Shown here piece by piece: positions 1 to 9,903 of a DNA stretch of 40,532 bases. The position numbers and the translations under genes were made by a program. This stretch comes from Paraglomus brasilianum (taxonomy: Eukaryota): contig CAJVPI010000234.1 of the NCBI GenBank assembly GCA_910592345.1, positions 1 to 40,532 of the forward strand, in the 5' to 3' direction. The first letter of the stretch is position 1; the number at the start of each line of letters is the position of its first letter. The notes under the pieces were generated by a model. That model ran no database searches, had not been told where the DNA came from, and worked only from the letters and a program-made list of their open reading frames with translations.

Positions 1-258
1 ATCTTCCCTTTTTAGTTCTTTATTCTTTGGCATATTTATTTTCTAAAAATTGGACATTTTATTTAGGTAGAGTTATAATTGATTTTAAGTATTATTCCAA
101 CTTGCTATTTCCTCCCGTTTCGACCATAGGCAATTATTAGTTTATATTACTTACATATAGAAAAAATATTACTTATCTTACTTTATCCATATATAAATAT
201 TTTAGCATTTTTATCATGCTAAAATCTAACTTTCTTTATTGCAACTTTAGGAACGAGG

Positions 259-278
259 AGGGGAGGGAAAACTCCCCC
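259..278 (-). terminator. Putative intrinsic terminator-like hairpin downstream of the 300..1565 gene
   Basis: GGGGAG-GGAAAA-CTCCCC inverted repeat about 20 nt past the stop codon; U-tract is weak. Confidence 0.4.
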
Positions 279-299
279 CATTTATCAACTAACTCGACT

Positions 300-1565
300 T
301 TATTTTCGCTTATTCTTTTTCAACAGGAAGTAGCCAATGATTCCTGCCGAAGCCAGAATTACTGAACCACCAACTACATAAGGAAGCGAACCATTTCCAA
401 CTTTATTATCTTCGGTTGCGGAAACATTATTAAACTCTTTCATTAATGCTTGCGATTTATTAACTTGCTCTTGAACCTCAGCCACGGAAAGATTTTCTCC
501 TTCTTTAATCAACTTTTCATTTTGGACTATTTGTTGTTCTAACTTTTCACTATCCTTATTACTTGAATTATTCTTTAACTTTTTCAACTCGGCTAAAACT
601 TGGGCTAATTGATTTTTAACTTCTGATAATTCTTGGCGGAGTTGTTGATTTTCTTTTCGTAAATCAGAATGGTTGTTATTATTTTTATCTCAATCACCTT
701 CCCAAGTTTGCGGTAGATATTCAACTTTTCCATGAGGGTCGCTTTTGTATTTTTCGGCACAATCATGGCTACAATAAACTTCTCTAACAACTCTGTCTAA
801 ACTAGGAACACCATAGTATTCTTTGGCTTTATCAAATCTTCGACCACACTGGCAAGTTTCTCAATGTTGTGGTCGGGAAACATTGCTGTTCTTTTGATTT
901 TTCAAAGTTCTAATTGTATTTTCACCATCCTTAATATCTTTTCTAAATCTTTCAATTTCCCAATTTATCTTTTCATTTTTTGGCTGGCTTTCTAAATAAT
1001 TTAACTTTTGCTTTCATTCACTAATCTTTGTTTCCAAATCTTTTATTCTTTGTTCGTCGCTTCAACCGATATCATTACCACCAAAAACATCAAGCCAACC
1101 ACCAAAGTTTGGTTCTATTTGTTTCGGTTCCGAATTTCCGTTTAAATTACCTTTTCCGCGGTAGGTTCAACCAAGCGTTCATTTGTTAGGTGTATTTTCT
1201 CGGTAATGCTCGTCTCATTTTATTCCATCCATCAAGTTCTTAAATTCACCATCTCCAAGAACATCCGTTCCTCGATTTCCTTGATAATTTTCACCAAACT
1301 GCCAATTTTGACGGCTATAACTGTAATCCTTTCCTTGCTCAAAATGACCCCGATAAGTATAATCTTTGCCATCGTAGGCTTCTTGGGTTATTCGCACTGG
1401 CACTCGGTCATTTCTAAACACGCTTCTTAATTTATCATTATGGAAATTATAAGTTTTTATGTTCGGTTCATCAGTCGGAGAAACGGAATAATCTTTGCCT
1501 TCTTTAAAATCTTTTAGTTTATTTTCTACTTCATTTTTATTAAATATATTGTTAAATCCGTTCAT
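300..1565 (-). CDS. Hypothetical ~421 aa protein with Cys motif, coiled coil and C-terminal membrane anchor
   Basis: ORFs 1215..1565 and 300..587 are one frame when TGA=Trp; contains CQC...YCSHDC and ends LPYVVGGSVILASAGIIGYFLLKKNKRK. Confidence 0.8.
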
Positions 1566-1610
1566 ATTTGTATTGTATTTTGTTTATATTTTACTTTGCT
1601 TATACTAGCA

Positions 1611-1636
1611 GAGAGAGAGAGAGAGAGAGAGAGAGA
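1611..1636. repeat. (GA)13 dinucleotide microsatellite in the putative promoter of the 300..1565 gene
   Basis: Perfect GA repeat; on the minus strand it lies between TTGAAA (1648-1643) and TG-C-TAGTAT (1610-1602). Confidence 0.9.
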
Positions 1637-2223
1637 CGAACCTTTCAACATACCACCATAAGCACTTAATCAATCATCCGTTTTTCGTTCACGTCGTCGC
1701 TATCACTCCCTTTCTACACTACTTATATTTATTTTAAAATTTTTTGCTATCATTAAGCCAGATAACTCAGCATCCAGTATTAGCAGACTAGATAACTGCT
1801 GCACTTTTTTAAAAAACAGTCGACTTCTGTTTACCAGTTCTTTTACTTAATATTCTAATGGTGGAACTGGTTGAGAAATCCAAAGGAATACCAAATTTTC
1901 AATCTTGATAAACCTAATTAGAATACTACTTTGCCCTGTTTTACTTCCGGTAAAGTTTAAAGTGTGAAGTCATTTTTTGCTTTCTTTAAGGACCTAGGAA
2001 TTAAAGTCAGAAGGATAAATAAGAACCCTTAACTATCAGCTTTTTTTAATATCTTTGTCATCAATTATATTTTATATAAGTTTTACTTATGATTGGTTAA
2101 CTTTATCTCTTTTTGTTTTTACTTTTTTCCTAACAGGACACAGACCAACAGCGATTTTACTCTTTTAATTTTCCCCCTTAAGAAGTATTTTTTTGTAAGA
2201 ATTGTAATCTCTAATAGAATTAG

Positions 2224-2860
2224 CTTTCAAAACTAAACGGAACCTTTTTATAAAATTTTTTTTCCATCCGCAGATTCCCCTACGGATACCTTGTTACGAC
2301 TTAACCCCAATTGCCAATCCTACCCTTGTCAGCCGCATCCCTTGCGGGTTAACTAACTGGTTTCAGGCATTACCGACTTTCGTGATTTGACGGGCGGTGT
2401 GTACAAGACTCGAGAACGTATTCACCGCAACATGGCTGATTTGCGATTACTAGCAATTCCAACTTCATGGAGGCGAGTTGCAGCCTCCAATCCGAACTAA
2501 GGTTAATTTTTTGGCTTGGCTCCCCCTCGCGGGTTGGCATCCCTTTGTGTTAACCATTGTAGCACGTGTGTCGCCCAAGGCATAAGGGCCATGACGACCA
2601 GACGTCATCCTTTCCTTCCTCCTGATTACTCAGGCAGTCGACTTAGAGTCCCCAACTGAATGCTGGCAACTAAGTCCAAGGGTTGCGTTCGTTATAGGAC
2701 TTAACCATACACCTCACGGCACGAACTGACGACGGCCATGCAGCACCTGTGTTCGGATAACCTCTGCTCAGTTTCCTGAGTTTTGCCGAACATGTCAAGC
2801 CTTGGTAAGGTTCTACGCGTTGTATCGGATTAAACCACATGCTCCAGTGCTTGTGCGAGT

Positions 2861-2895
<35 letters not shown>

Positions 2896-3830
2896 GTACT
2901 ACCCAGGCGGAGTGCTTACCGAGTTATCTAGCGACACTGAGAATCAAGTTCCCAATATCTAGCACTCATCGTTTAGGGCGTGGACTACACGGGTATCTAA
3001 TCCGTTTTGCTCCCCACGCTTTCGTGCCTCAATGTCAGTAACAGAATAGTTAACTGCCTTCGCCGTTATTGGTGTTCTTCCATATATCTACACATTTTAC
3101 CGCTCCACATGGAGTTCCGTTAACCTCTCCTGCACTCGAGCCTGACAGTATTACCAGCTTCCACGAGGTTGAGCCTCGATTTCCCACTGCTAACTTATCA
3201 GGCCATCTACGCACCCTTTACGCCCAATAATTCCGGATAACGTTCGCCACCTACGTCTTACCGCGACTGCTGGCACGTAGTTAGTCGTGGCTTTCTCTGT
3301 GCGTACCGTCAAAACTGAACTTGCGTTCAGCCCTTCTTCCGCACTAACAGAAGTTTACAATCCGTAGACCTTCCTCCTTCACGTAGTATTGCGCGGTCAG
3401 GGTTACCCCCATTGCCGACAATTCCTCACTGCTGCCTCCCGTAGGAGTAGGGACCGTGTCTCAGTTCCCTTGTGGCCAATCAGCCTCTCAGCCTGGCTAC
3501 GCATCATGGTCTTGGTAGGCCATTACCCCACCAACTAACTAATACGACTTATCCCTCTCAATTAGCGAGAATCTTGCGATTCCCTTTCATTATCGAAATA
3601 ACAAATGCGGTATTAGCCATGGTTTCCCATGGTTATCCCCCACTAATTGGCAAGTTAGATAAGCATTACTCACCCGTTCGCCGCTAAAAGCAATATTGCT
3701 ACTACTTTCCGCTCGACTTGCATGTGTTAGGCATACTACCAACGTTAATCCTGAGCTAGGATCAAACTCTTAAAAAATTGAACTGCGAGAATTCACTCAC
3801 AGGTAAATTGGTTCCGTCTAGTTTTCAAAG
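2224..3830 (-). other. Inverted repeats flanking 16S (pre-rRNA processing stalk): 3810..3830 pairs with 2224..2244
   Basis: ggttccgtctagttttcaaag is a near-perfect reverse complement (19/21) of ctttcaaaactaaacggaacc. Confidence 0.8.
2255..3777 (-). rRNA. rrs: 16S rRNA (solitary; ends approximate)
   Basis: Universal motifs on the minus strand: AGAGTTTGATCCTAGCTCAG, CCTACGGGAGGCAGCAG, GTGCCAGCAGTCGCGGTAA, AAGTCGTAACAAGGTA. Confidence 0.99.
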
Positions 3831-3896
3831 ATATTCAAAAAAATTGTTTTTTTATTAGGAGAACAAGTAACCCACATAAATTTTACTATTATAATA

Positions 3897-4133
3897 TTAT
3901 TTTAACTCTTTTTTTAATTTCTCGTAAATGTCGGGACTGTTCTTTTTTAAATATTGGAAAAATCTTTTTTCCTTGGCTATTTTTTTTAATAAGGCTCGTT
4001 TGGCTGGGATATCTTTTTTATTCTTTCCTAAATGAAGTTTTTCTTTGTTAATTTCTTCTCTTAAAGCTATCAGCTGGAGAGAAGTTGACCCCGTATCTTT
4101 TCCGTGAAGTTGATAATTTTTTTTCGTTATCAT
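3897..4133 (-). CDS. rpsO: 30S ribosomal protein S15
   Basis: HGKDTGSTSLQLIAL...HLGKNKKD...RALLKKI...YLKK matches the S15 pattern. Confidence 0.93.
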   Translation of the reverse strand: MITKKNYQLHGKDTGSTSLQLIALREEINKEKLHLGKNKKDIPAKRALLKKIAKEKRFFQYLKKNSPDIYEKLKKELK

Positions 4134-4147
4134 TCTATATATTAATT

Positions 4148-4699
4148 TTATTTACTTTTATTCTTTTTGCTTACACTCTTGGTCACTAAGAAAATAAAAA
4201 AAGCAACTATTATAATAGGTAAACAAATGAGGGCAATTTTTCCTCAATCAGTTTTATTTTCTGCTTTGGTTGGATTATTATTTTGCCTTTTGGTTGGCTT
4301 TTCTGGTTTTTTCTTTGATTCATAAAAATAATTTTCGCTGTCCCAAAAACCAATTTTTTTAACTGTATTTTCAAAATAGTCCTTAGTTTTTAAAACCATT
4401 CAATTCTTATTATTAGTATTAAATTTTGCTACTTTTTCTCCTCCTAAATTGATAATAAACTTGTATTCTGTTATTTTTCCGTATGGGCTACCAAAATCAA
4501 TTCCTGCTCCTTTTACTAGGTCATCGAGTATCCAAATTCAACAAGCCCCCCGCATTTTATCTTTGGTAAAATGGAGACATTGATCTGGTATATTTTTGGG
4601 TTCAACTAAAAATCCGCGATACTTCTTTGGTTCTTGGTCATTGAAAAATTTCATTTTCTTTTTTCTTGAATAATCACATTGAACTTCAAACTCAGACAT
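4148..4699 (-). CDS. Hypothetical ~183 aa protein with C-terminal membrane anchor
   Basis: Open in code 4 (alternative start 4654); ends DWGKIALICLPIIIVAFFIFLVTKSVSKKNKSK. Confidence 0.75.
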
Positions 4700-4709
4700 A
4701 AATTAAAAA

Positions 4710-4784
4710 TGGCGCCTAGTGTAGGAATCGAACCTACGACCAACCGGTTAACAGCCGGACGCTCTGCCGCTGAGCTAACTAGGC
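4710..4784 (-). tRNA. tRNA-Asn(GTT)
   Basis: Cloverleaf GCCTAGT...CTGTTAA...GGTTCGATTCC...ACTAGGC-GCCA with encoded CCA. Confidence 0.97.
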
Positions 4785-4833
4785 TTTTTTTGCTAAAAAG
4801 TAAAATTTTACGGTCAGCGCATTTATTTTCTTT

Positions 4834-5202
4834 TTACACGAGGGAGAAAATTACCCGCAAATCATTATCACCAGCCCGATAATTTAATTTAGTAATCCTA
4901 CTATAACCTCCTGTCCTATCTTTATATCTTCCTTTTAAGTCAGAAAATAGTTTATCAAGCAATTTTTTCCCCTCTTTATCCTCCAATTTTTTTTTGCTGA
5001 CTAAATATTGTAATGCTAAACGTCGAGAATGTAAAGTGTCTTGTTTAGCATATTTAATAAGTTTGGCTAATAACTTAGTCAGACTCCGTGCCATTGGCAA
5101 ACTAGTCTCCACTTTTTCATACAAAATAGTATCCGCCACCAAATTATTAAGGACATGAGTGCGTCAGGCAGTGGTTTTACCAGGTTTATTAATATAAGAC
5201 AT
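4834..5202 (-). CDS. rplQ: 50S ribosomal protein L17
   Basis: MSYINKPGKTTAW(TGA)RTHVLNNL...RYKDRTGGYSRITKL...RAGDN; follows rpoA. Confidence 0.95.
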
Positions 5203-5207
5203 AATAA

Positions 5208-5993
5208 TTATTTAGTTTCAGCAATCAATTTTTGTTTTTTTTCACTATTAATCAATTCAGTGATGGCATTAAAAGAACTCTTTGATAGTTCTAAAGTTTC
5301 TTGGAGGGCCTTTTTTGGTGCAACAGCACCATTAGTAGTAATAGTGAGCGTTAATTCTTCTTCTGTCTTTTCTTGACTAATTACTTGTGAATTTACTTTG
5401 AAGTTTACTAATCCGCCTTTAATTGGAGAATAATCAGTATCAAAAGCAATAACATCTTCTTCCTCAGAAAAGTATTTTTTTTCTTGTTCCTCCTCTTCGT
5501 GATAACCTCAACTTTTCTGAAAATAAAGTTTTATTTCTAGCCTGGAATTTTCTTTCTCACCAGTAGAGGCAGCCAAAGTAGCCAAATAAAGATCAGGATT
5601 TTTAATTTCTATATCTTTATCTTTTTGAAAATCGCCTGCTGTAATTACTTTTTCTTTTTTTTCTTTATTCTCAACACTCAATTCTAAGCAAAAAATTCCT
5701 TCTTTTATTTTCTTTTCTTCCACAATAATCTTTTTTAGATTAATAATGAGATAACTGGTTACTTCTTTCACTCCCACGAGGGTACTAAATTCACTTTCCA
5801 CTGGACCATTCCTATCACTAATTTTTGCTCCCAAAGACGCTATCCCGCCATTGTATTTCAGAAGAAAATGACGCAAATAATTACCGAGAGTTATCCCCAT
5901 ACCCGAAGGCAGGTGGTGAAAAACAAAAGAAGAAGTATGAGGTTTATTTTTGACAACTATTTCTTCTATTTCTAAATTATTAAGTAATGACAT
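5208..5993 (-). CDS. rpoA: RNA polymerase alpha subunit, 261 aa, N-terminal domain only
   Basis: GMGITLGNYLR, EFSTLVGVKE, IKNPDLYLATL, DTDYSPI, TNGAVAPKKAL; reads through TGA at 5508; lies between rpsK and rplQ. Confidence 0.93.
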
Positions 5994-5999
5994 ATATAT

Positions 6000-6428
6000 T
6001 TATTTTCGTGGTGCTCTTCGGGGACGACAGCCACCATGACGATTTGGAGTCCTGTCAGTCAATCCTTCCACATTCAAAGATTTTTGCTCTAATATTTTTT
6101 TTATTACTGAATCTCGACCAGCCCCAATTCCCTTGACTTGTATTTCTACATTGTAAACTCCAAACTCGGCGGCTCTTCTAATTATTTCTTCGGTGGCTTT
6201 TTCAGCCATAAAGGCCGTAGCCTTCTTAGTGCCAGTAACTTTTTTATTATTACCAAGGTCGACACTTCCCGCACTAACTGTAGTTAAAACATCACCATTT
6301 TCCTTGCTTAAATCAAGAATAGTGTTATTAAAACTAAACTTACCGTGAATAATTCCTCTTCCCTCAGTAACTTTTTTAATTTTTTTGGTTTTAGTTTCTT
6401 TTTTGGAACTTTTTTTTACTGCCGTCAT
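6000..6428 (-). CDS. rpsK: 30S ribosomal protein S11
   Basis: SFNNTI...SAG...KGIGAGRDS...DRTPNRHGGCRPR. Confidence 0.96.
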   Translation of the reverse strand: MTAVKKSSKKETKTKKIKKVTEGRGIIHGKFSFNNTILDLSKENGDVLTTVSAGSVDLGNNKKVTGTKKATAFMAEKATEEIIRRAAEFGVYNVEIQVKGIGAGRDSVIKKILEQKSLNVEGLTDRTPNRHGGCRPRRAPRK

Positions 6429-6469
6429 TCTATATTATTAAATTTTAATTAGTTTAATATTCTTGGTAC

Positions 6470-7435
6470 TTATTTTTTTTTTGCAAACAATAATGCTCCT
6501 ATAACCACTGCTGCCAAAATAATCACTGCTATTGCTGTTTTGGCAAAGAAAGGAAACTTATTTTCTCTTTCTGATTGGGACGGACTTGACGGAGTTTGAG
6601 AAGCAGATTTTTGCCTAGCAACTTCTTTAATTAATTTGTCTTTGAACTCATTTATCTCCTCCTCGCTGGATAACTTTTCTAACCGCTTTTCTCAATCGTG
6701 GTATTTGGTAGACAAATCACTAGTTTTTAAGTTGTTTTTTGTTAATTCAGTTTGGATTTGGTTTTTAACGGCGGTTTGCCTTAATTTTTTAGCCAAGTGG
6801 GAAGAATTATCATTTTTTTCCTTTCCTGGTTCCTCTTTTGGTTCAGGTTGATGAGATGGGAAAAAACGAAATTCGTCATGATTAGCGACGGTTTGGGCTA
6901 GTTGTTGAAAAGTTATTTTTCCCTGCTCAGCGTTACCGCTAATTTTGACTTCTTTAGTTTGGGGACGATTTTCTTTCGTGTAATGATTAGTGGCGGTCAT
7001 AAAAACTTCGGCTAATTCATTAGGACTATATTTATTTTCAATTTTTTTGACTTCCTCTCTAAACTCTGTCATAAATTTTTCTCAACGACCTTCCAAAGCT
7101 TCATTGATGGCAAATAAATAGTGTTTTAACTTTTCAGGGAAATCGTTAGTAGCCTTAATTCCAGTGGCATCTATTCATTTGTGATATTCGTCTTGGATTT
7201 TTTTTCGGAAATCGGCTGATTTTCCCCTACTTGACCCAATAACAAGAGGAAAATCAGTCAAAACTAAATCTTCAAATCCAGCCAATGTATCATTGCTGTC
7301 AGCAATCGTTCGGCGGTAAATTTGTCTTTGACTATTCCAATTTTTGTAATGGTCTAACTTGCCAATATATTCCTCCAACGCTTCTAAGAAATTGTGAAAA
7401 GTGTCTAGCACTATTTCTAACTCATTGTTATTCAT
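6470..7435 (-). CDS. Hypothetical ~321 aa protein with C-terminal membrane anchor, inserted between rpsM and rpsK
   Basis: ORFs 7175..7435 and 6692..7072 join in code 4; ends FAKTAIAVIILAAVVIGALLFAKKK. Confidence 0.8.
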
Positions 7436-7648
7436 AATTTATAATATTTTTTATTTTAATGTCTCTTTCGTTTATTATTATAATTAAATTTTAATTGTTT
7501 ATTTCTTCCTTTTTAATTAATATTCATTAATGACTTTCTTTAGTTGGAAAATAACCATCGACCAATTTACAAGAAAAAAAGTAAGTTCATAACTATCTCA
7601 ACTAACATTTCTAAATGAAGTTAATTAACAAAAGACCAATGATAAATC

Positions 7649-7675
7649 AAAAAAGGAATTTGTCAAAATTCCTTT
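7649..7675 (-). terminator. Intrinsic terminator after rpsM
   Basis: 10-bp stem aaaggaattt-(tgac)-aaattccttt followed by a T-run on the minus strand, 8 nt past the rpsM stop. Confidence 0.7.
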
Positions 7676-7682
7676 CATGAGA

Positions 7683-8090
7683 TTATTTTGGAGTAGGAGC
7701 CTTTTTCTTGTTGGCGACCGTTATTCGTTTATGACCTTTGGCAGTGCGGGCATTGTGACGCGTTCTTTGACCGTGAATTGGCAAAGGATTAGGTTTGCGG
7801 GAACGCCTTAATCCTTGATAAGTACCAAGTCGGATTTGGGCACTAATATTTTTTTGAACTTTTTCTTTTAACTCCCCTTCAGTAGAGATTTTTTTTACTC
7901 TCTGGCTAAGTTGATTAATTTGCTCGGAAGTTAAGTCACGAACTTTAGTGAAAGGGCTAATGCTTAATTCTTCGAGGATTTGCCGCGAGGGAGAAGTTGG
8001 ACCAAATTTTTTGCCCAATCCATAAATATAACTCAAAGCCACCCGAACATTTTTATTTTCAGGCATCTCTTTATTACCAATTCGAACCAT
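7683..8090 (-). CDS. rpsM: 30S ribosomal protein S13
   Basis: VALSYIYGLG...GTYQGLRR...LPIHGQRTRHNART. Confidence 0.96.
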   Translation of the reverse strand: MVRIGNKEMPENKNVRVALSYIYGLGKKFGPTSPSRQILEELSISPFTKVRDLTSEQINQLSQRVKKISTEGELKEKVQKNISAQIRLGTYQGLRRSRKPNPLPIHGQRTRHNARTAKGHKRITVANKKKAPTPK

Positions 8091-8114
8091 ATATATTACT
8101 AATTTTAATAAGTT

Positions 8115-8231
8115 TTAACCTTGCCTCTGGTTGTGTTTTCGATCTTTTTGACAGTAAACATAACGGACCCTTTCTCTAATAATTACCTGGCAATCACGGC
8201 ACATTATTTTAATCGAACTGCGAACTTTCAT
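8115..8231 (-). CDS. rpmJ: 50S ribosomal protein L36
   Basis: MKVRSSIKIMCRDCQVIIRERVRYVYCQKDRKHNQRQG. Confidence 0.95.
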   Translation of the reverse strand: MKVRSSIKIMCRDCQVIIRERVRYVYCQKDRKHNQRQG

Positions 8232-8244
8232 AATAATATCTATT

Positions 8245-8487
8245 TTAAATATTTTCTTCGATCAAAGAAACAATTTGTCCTTTCCCTAGGTCTCCCAAAG
8301 TTATCTCTACTTTTACCCTATCCCCAACAACAATGTTGGCTCTTCTTCGTCCTTCTTTAGTGCGAAAACGAGCCGGAATTTCCGCGTCAATTACTTTTCC
8401 GTTATCACATTTAACCCGAAATTTTTTTTTATTTATTCATTCGATTACTTCACCCTGAGTGGAAAAAAAATCTTTATTCTTCTTCAT
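8245..8487 (-). CDS. infA: Translation initiation factor IF-1 (divergent)
   Basis: QGEVIEW...FRVKCDNGKVIDA...NIVVGDRVKVEI...KGQIV; canonical position between map and rpmJ. Confidence 0.88.
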
Positions 8488-9214
8488 AATTAGTTAATAT
8501 TTCTGCTCCTGTTTTGCTGATATATACTGTGTGTTCAAAATGAGCGTTCAAATAGCCATTTTTGGAAAATACGGTCCATTTATTGGGGGAAACTTCTACT
8601 TCAGCATCACCAATCTGAACTAATGGTTCAATACAAATAAACATTCCTTCTTTAATAACTTCTCCTTTATTAGAAATTTTATAATTAGGAATAAAGGGTT
8701 CTTGGTGAAGATTTTCCCCAATTCCATGTCCGCCATATTCTTTAATGGGGTAATAACCACGAGTGCGTATGTATTTTTCTAACATTGCCCCAATATCCTG
8801 AGTGGTAGTAATGCCAGGTTGAATATTTTGAATCACAAAGTATAAACTATTTTTAGTTATATTTAGTAGACTTCTTTTTTCTTCATTCCCTTCTCCAACG
8901 ATAGTAGTCAAAGCAGCATCAGCATGATAACCTTGGTAATTACAAGCCACATCAATCGAAACTAAATCACCTTCCTTGAAAATCCGCTCGTCAGGAATGC
9001 CGTGTGTTAATTCTTCATTAAGAGAAACGCAAATGGCGGCTGAAAACCCTTTGTAATCAAGGCTGGATGATTGAACTTTTTGTTCTTTCATTAATTGTCG
9101 GGCCAATTTATCTAAATCTTTTCCTGAAACACCAGGCTTGATTTCTTTTTTTAGTCTTTTTAGAATATTACTTACGGCTTGCCCAGCCTTTTTTATACAT
9201 TCAAGTTTATTCAT
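8474..9214 (-). CDS. map: Methionine aminopeptidase type I
   Basis: CVSLNEELTHGIP, DLVSIDV, GHGIG...HQEP, IEP, AHFEHTV. Confidence 0.97.
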   Translation of the reverse strand: MNKLECIKKAGQAVSNILKRLKKEIKPGVSGKDLDKLARQLMKEQKVQSSSLDYKGFSAAICVSLNEELTHGIPDERIFKEGDLVSIDVACNYQGYHADAALTTIVGEGNEEKRSLLNITKNSLYFVIQNIQPGITTTQDIGAMLEKYIRTRGYYPIKEYGGHGIGENLHQEPFIPNYKISNKGEVIKEGMFICIEPLVQIGDAEVEVSPNKWTVFSKNGYLNAHFEHTVYISKTGAEILTNYEEE

Positions 9215-9888
9215 TACAAACTCTCGATTAGTTTTAATAAGTTTTTTTGGATTTCACCATTAAAAATTTCCTCCTTTTTTTGAACCGTTAATTGAATGAT
9301 AGAGGAAGTGGCAAGTTTTTTTTCAGAAAGAAACTTTTTAATTATTGTTTCAGTATTTTTTAAATAATATTCAATAACATATTCACTATATTTTTTTATA
9401 TCAGCAAGCGAAAACTGATATTCACTATCTTGTGGACAAATGAACTTCTCATTTTCCTTCATTGTCTCGTCTTTTTTGTATATTTTTTCACAGAGCGGAC
9501 AAATTAAATATTCCTCTTTTAAACTTAAAATTAACTCATAATTAGAAATATTAAGAAGAATGATATTATTTATTTTTTTTCCTTCACGGGCTAATTCCGA
9601 ATTCAAAGCAGTAAATTGCTGCTCGTTATGGGGATAATTAACCAAGACTAATTTAGAATGGGAGTTATGCTGAATAAACTCTTTAACTTCTTGGAGGTAA
9701 TTAACATCAACTAATTGAAGTATTTTTTCTCCCTCTAAGGAGGTTATATTTTTTTTCTTAAGTTCTTTTTTTCTTATTTTTCTGATTTCAAAAAAATGTC
9801 CCTTTTCTCCCACCGGAAAATCAAACTTATTAATAATGAGGGGGAACAACAATAAAATGACCTTTTGTGAATTATTTTTTACTTCCAT
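9214..9888 (-). CDS. adk: Degenerate adenylate-kinase-like protein (no recognisable P-loop; Zn LID retained)
   Basis: Canonical secY-adk-map position; LVLVNYPHNEQQF resembles xLDGFPRxxxQA; LID CPLC...CPQD. Confidence 0.65.
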   Translation of the reverse strand: MEVKNNSQKVILLLFPLIINKFDFPVGEKGHFFEIRKIRKKELKKKNITSLEGEKILQLVDVNYLQEVKEFIQHNSHSKLVLVNYPHNEQQFTALNSELAREGKKINNIILLNISNYELILSLKEEYLICPLCEKIYKKDETMKENEKFICPQDSEYQFSLADIKKYSEYVIEYYLKNTETIIKKFLSEKKLATSSIIQLTVQKKEEIFNGEIQKNLLKLIESL

Positions 9889-9903
9889 ATAAAATGTTTA
9901 CTT

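Noticed and set aside
1730..2220. Possible gene downstream of the 16S
   Set aside because: The minus-strand frames examined contain multiple TAA/TAG; at best an unidentifiable remnant.
2670..3687. Track ORFs 2670..2885, 2802..3041 and 3472..3687
   Set aside because: They lie inside the 16S rRNA gene.
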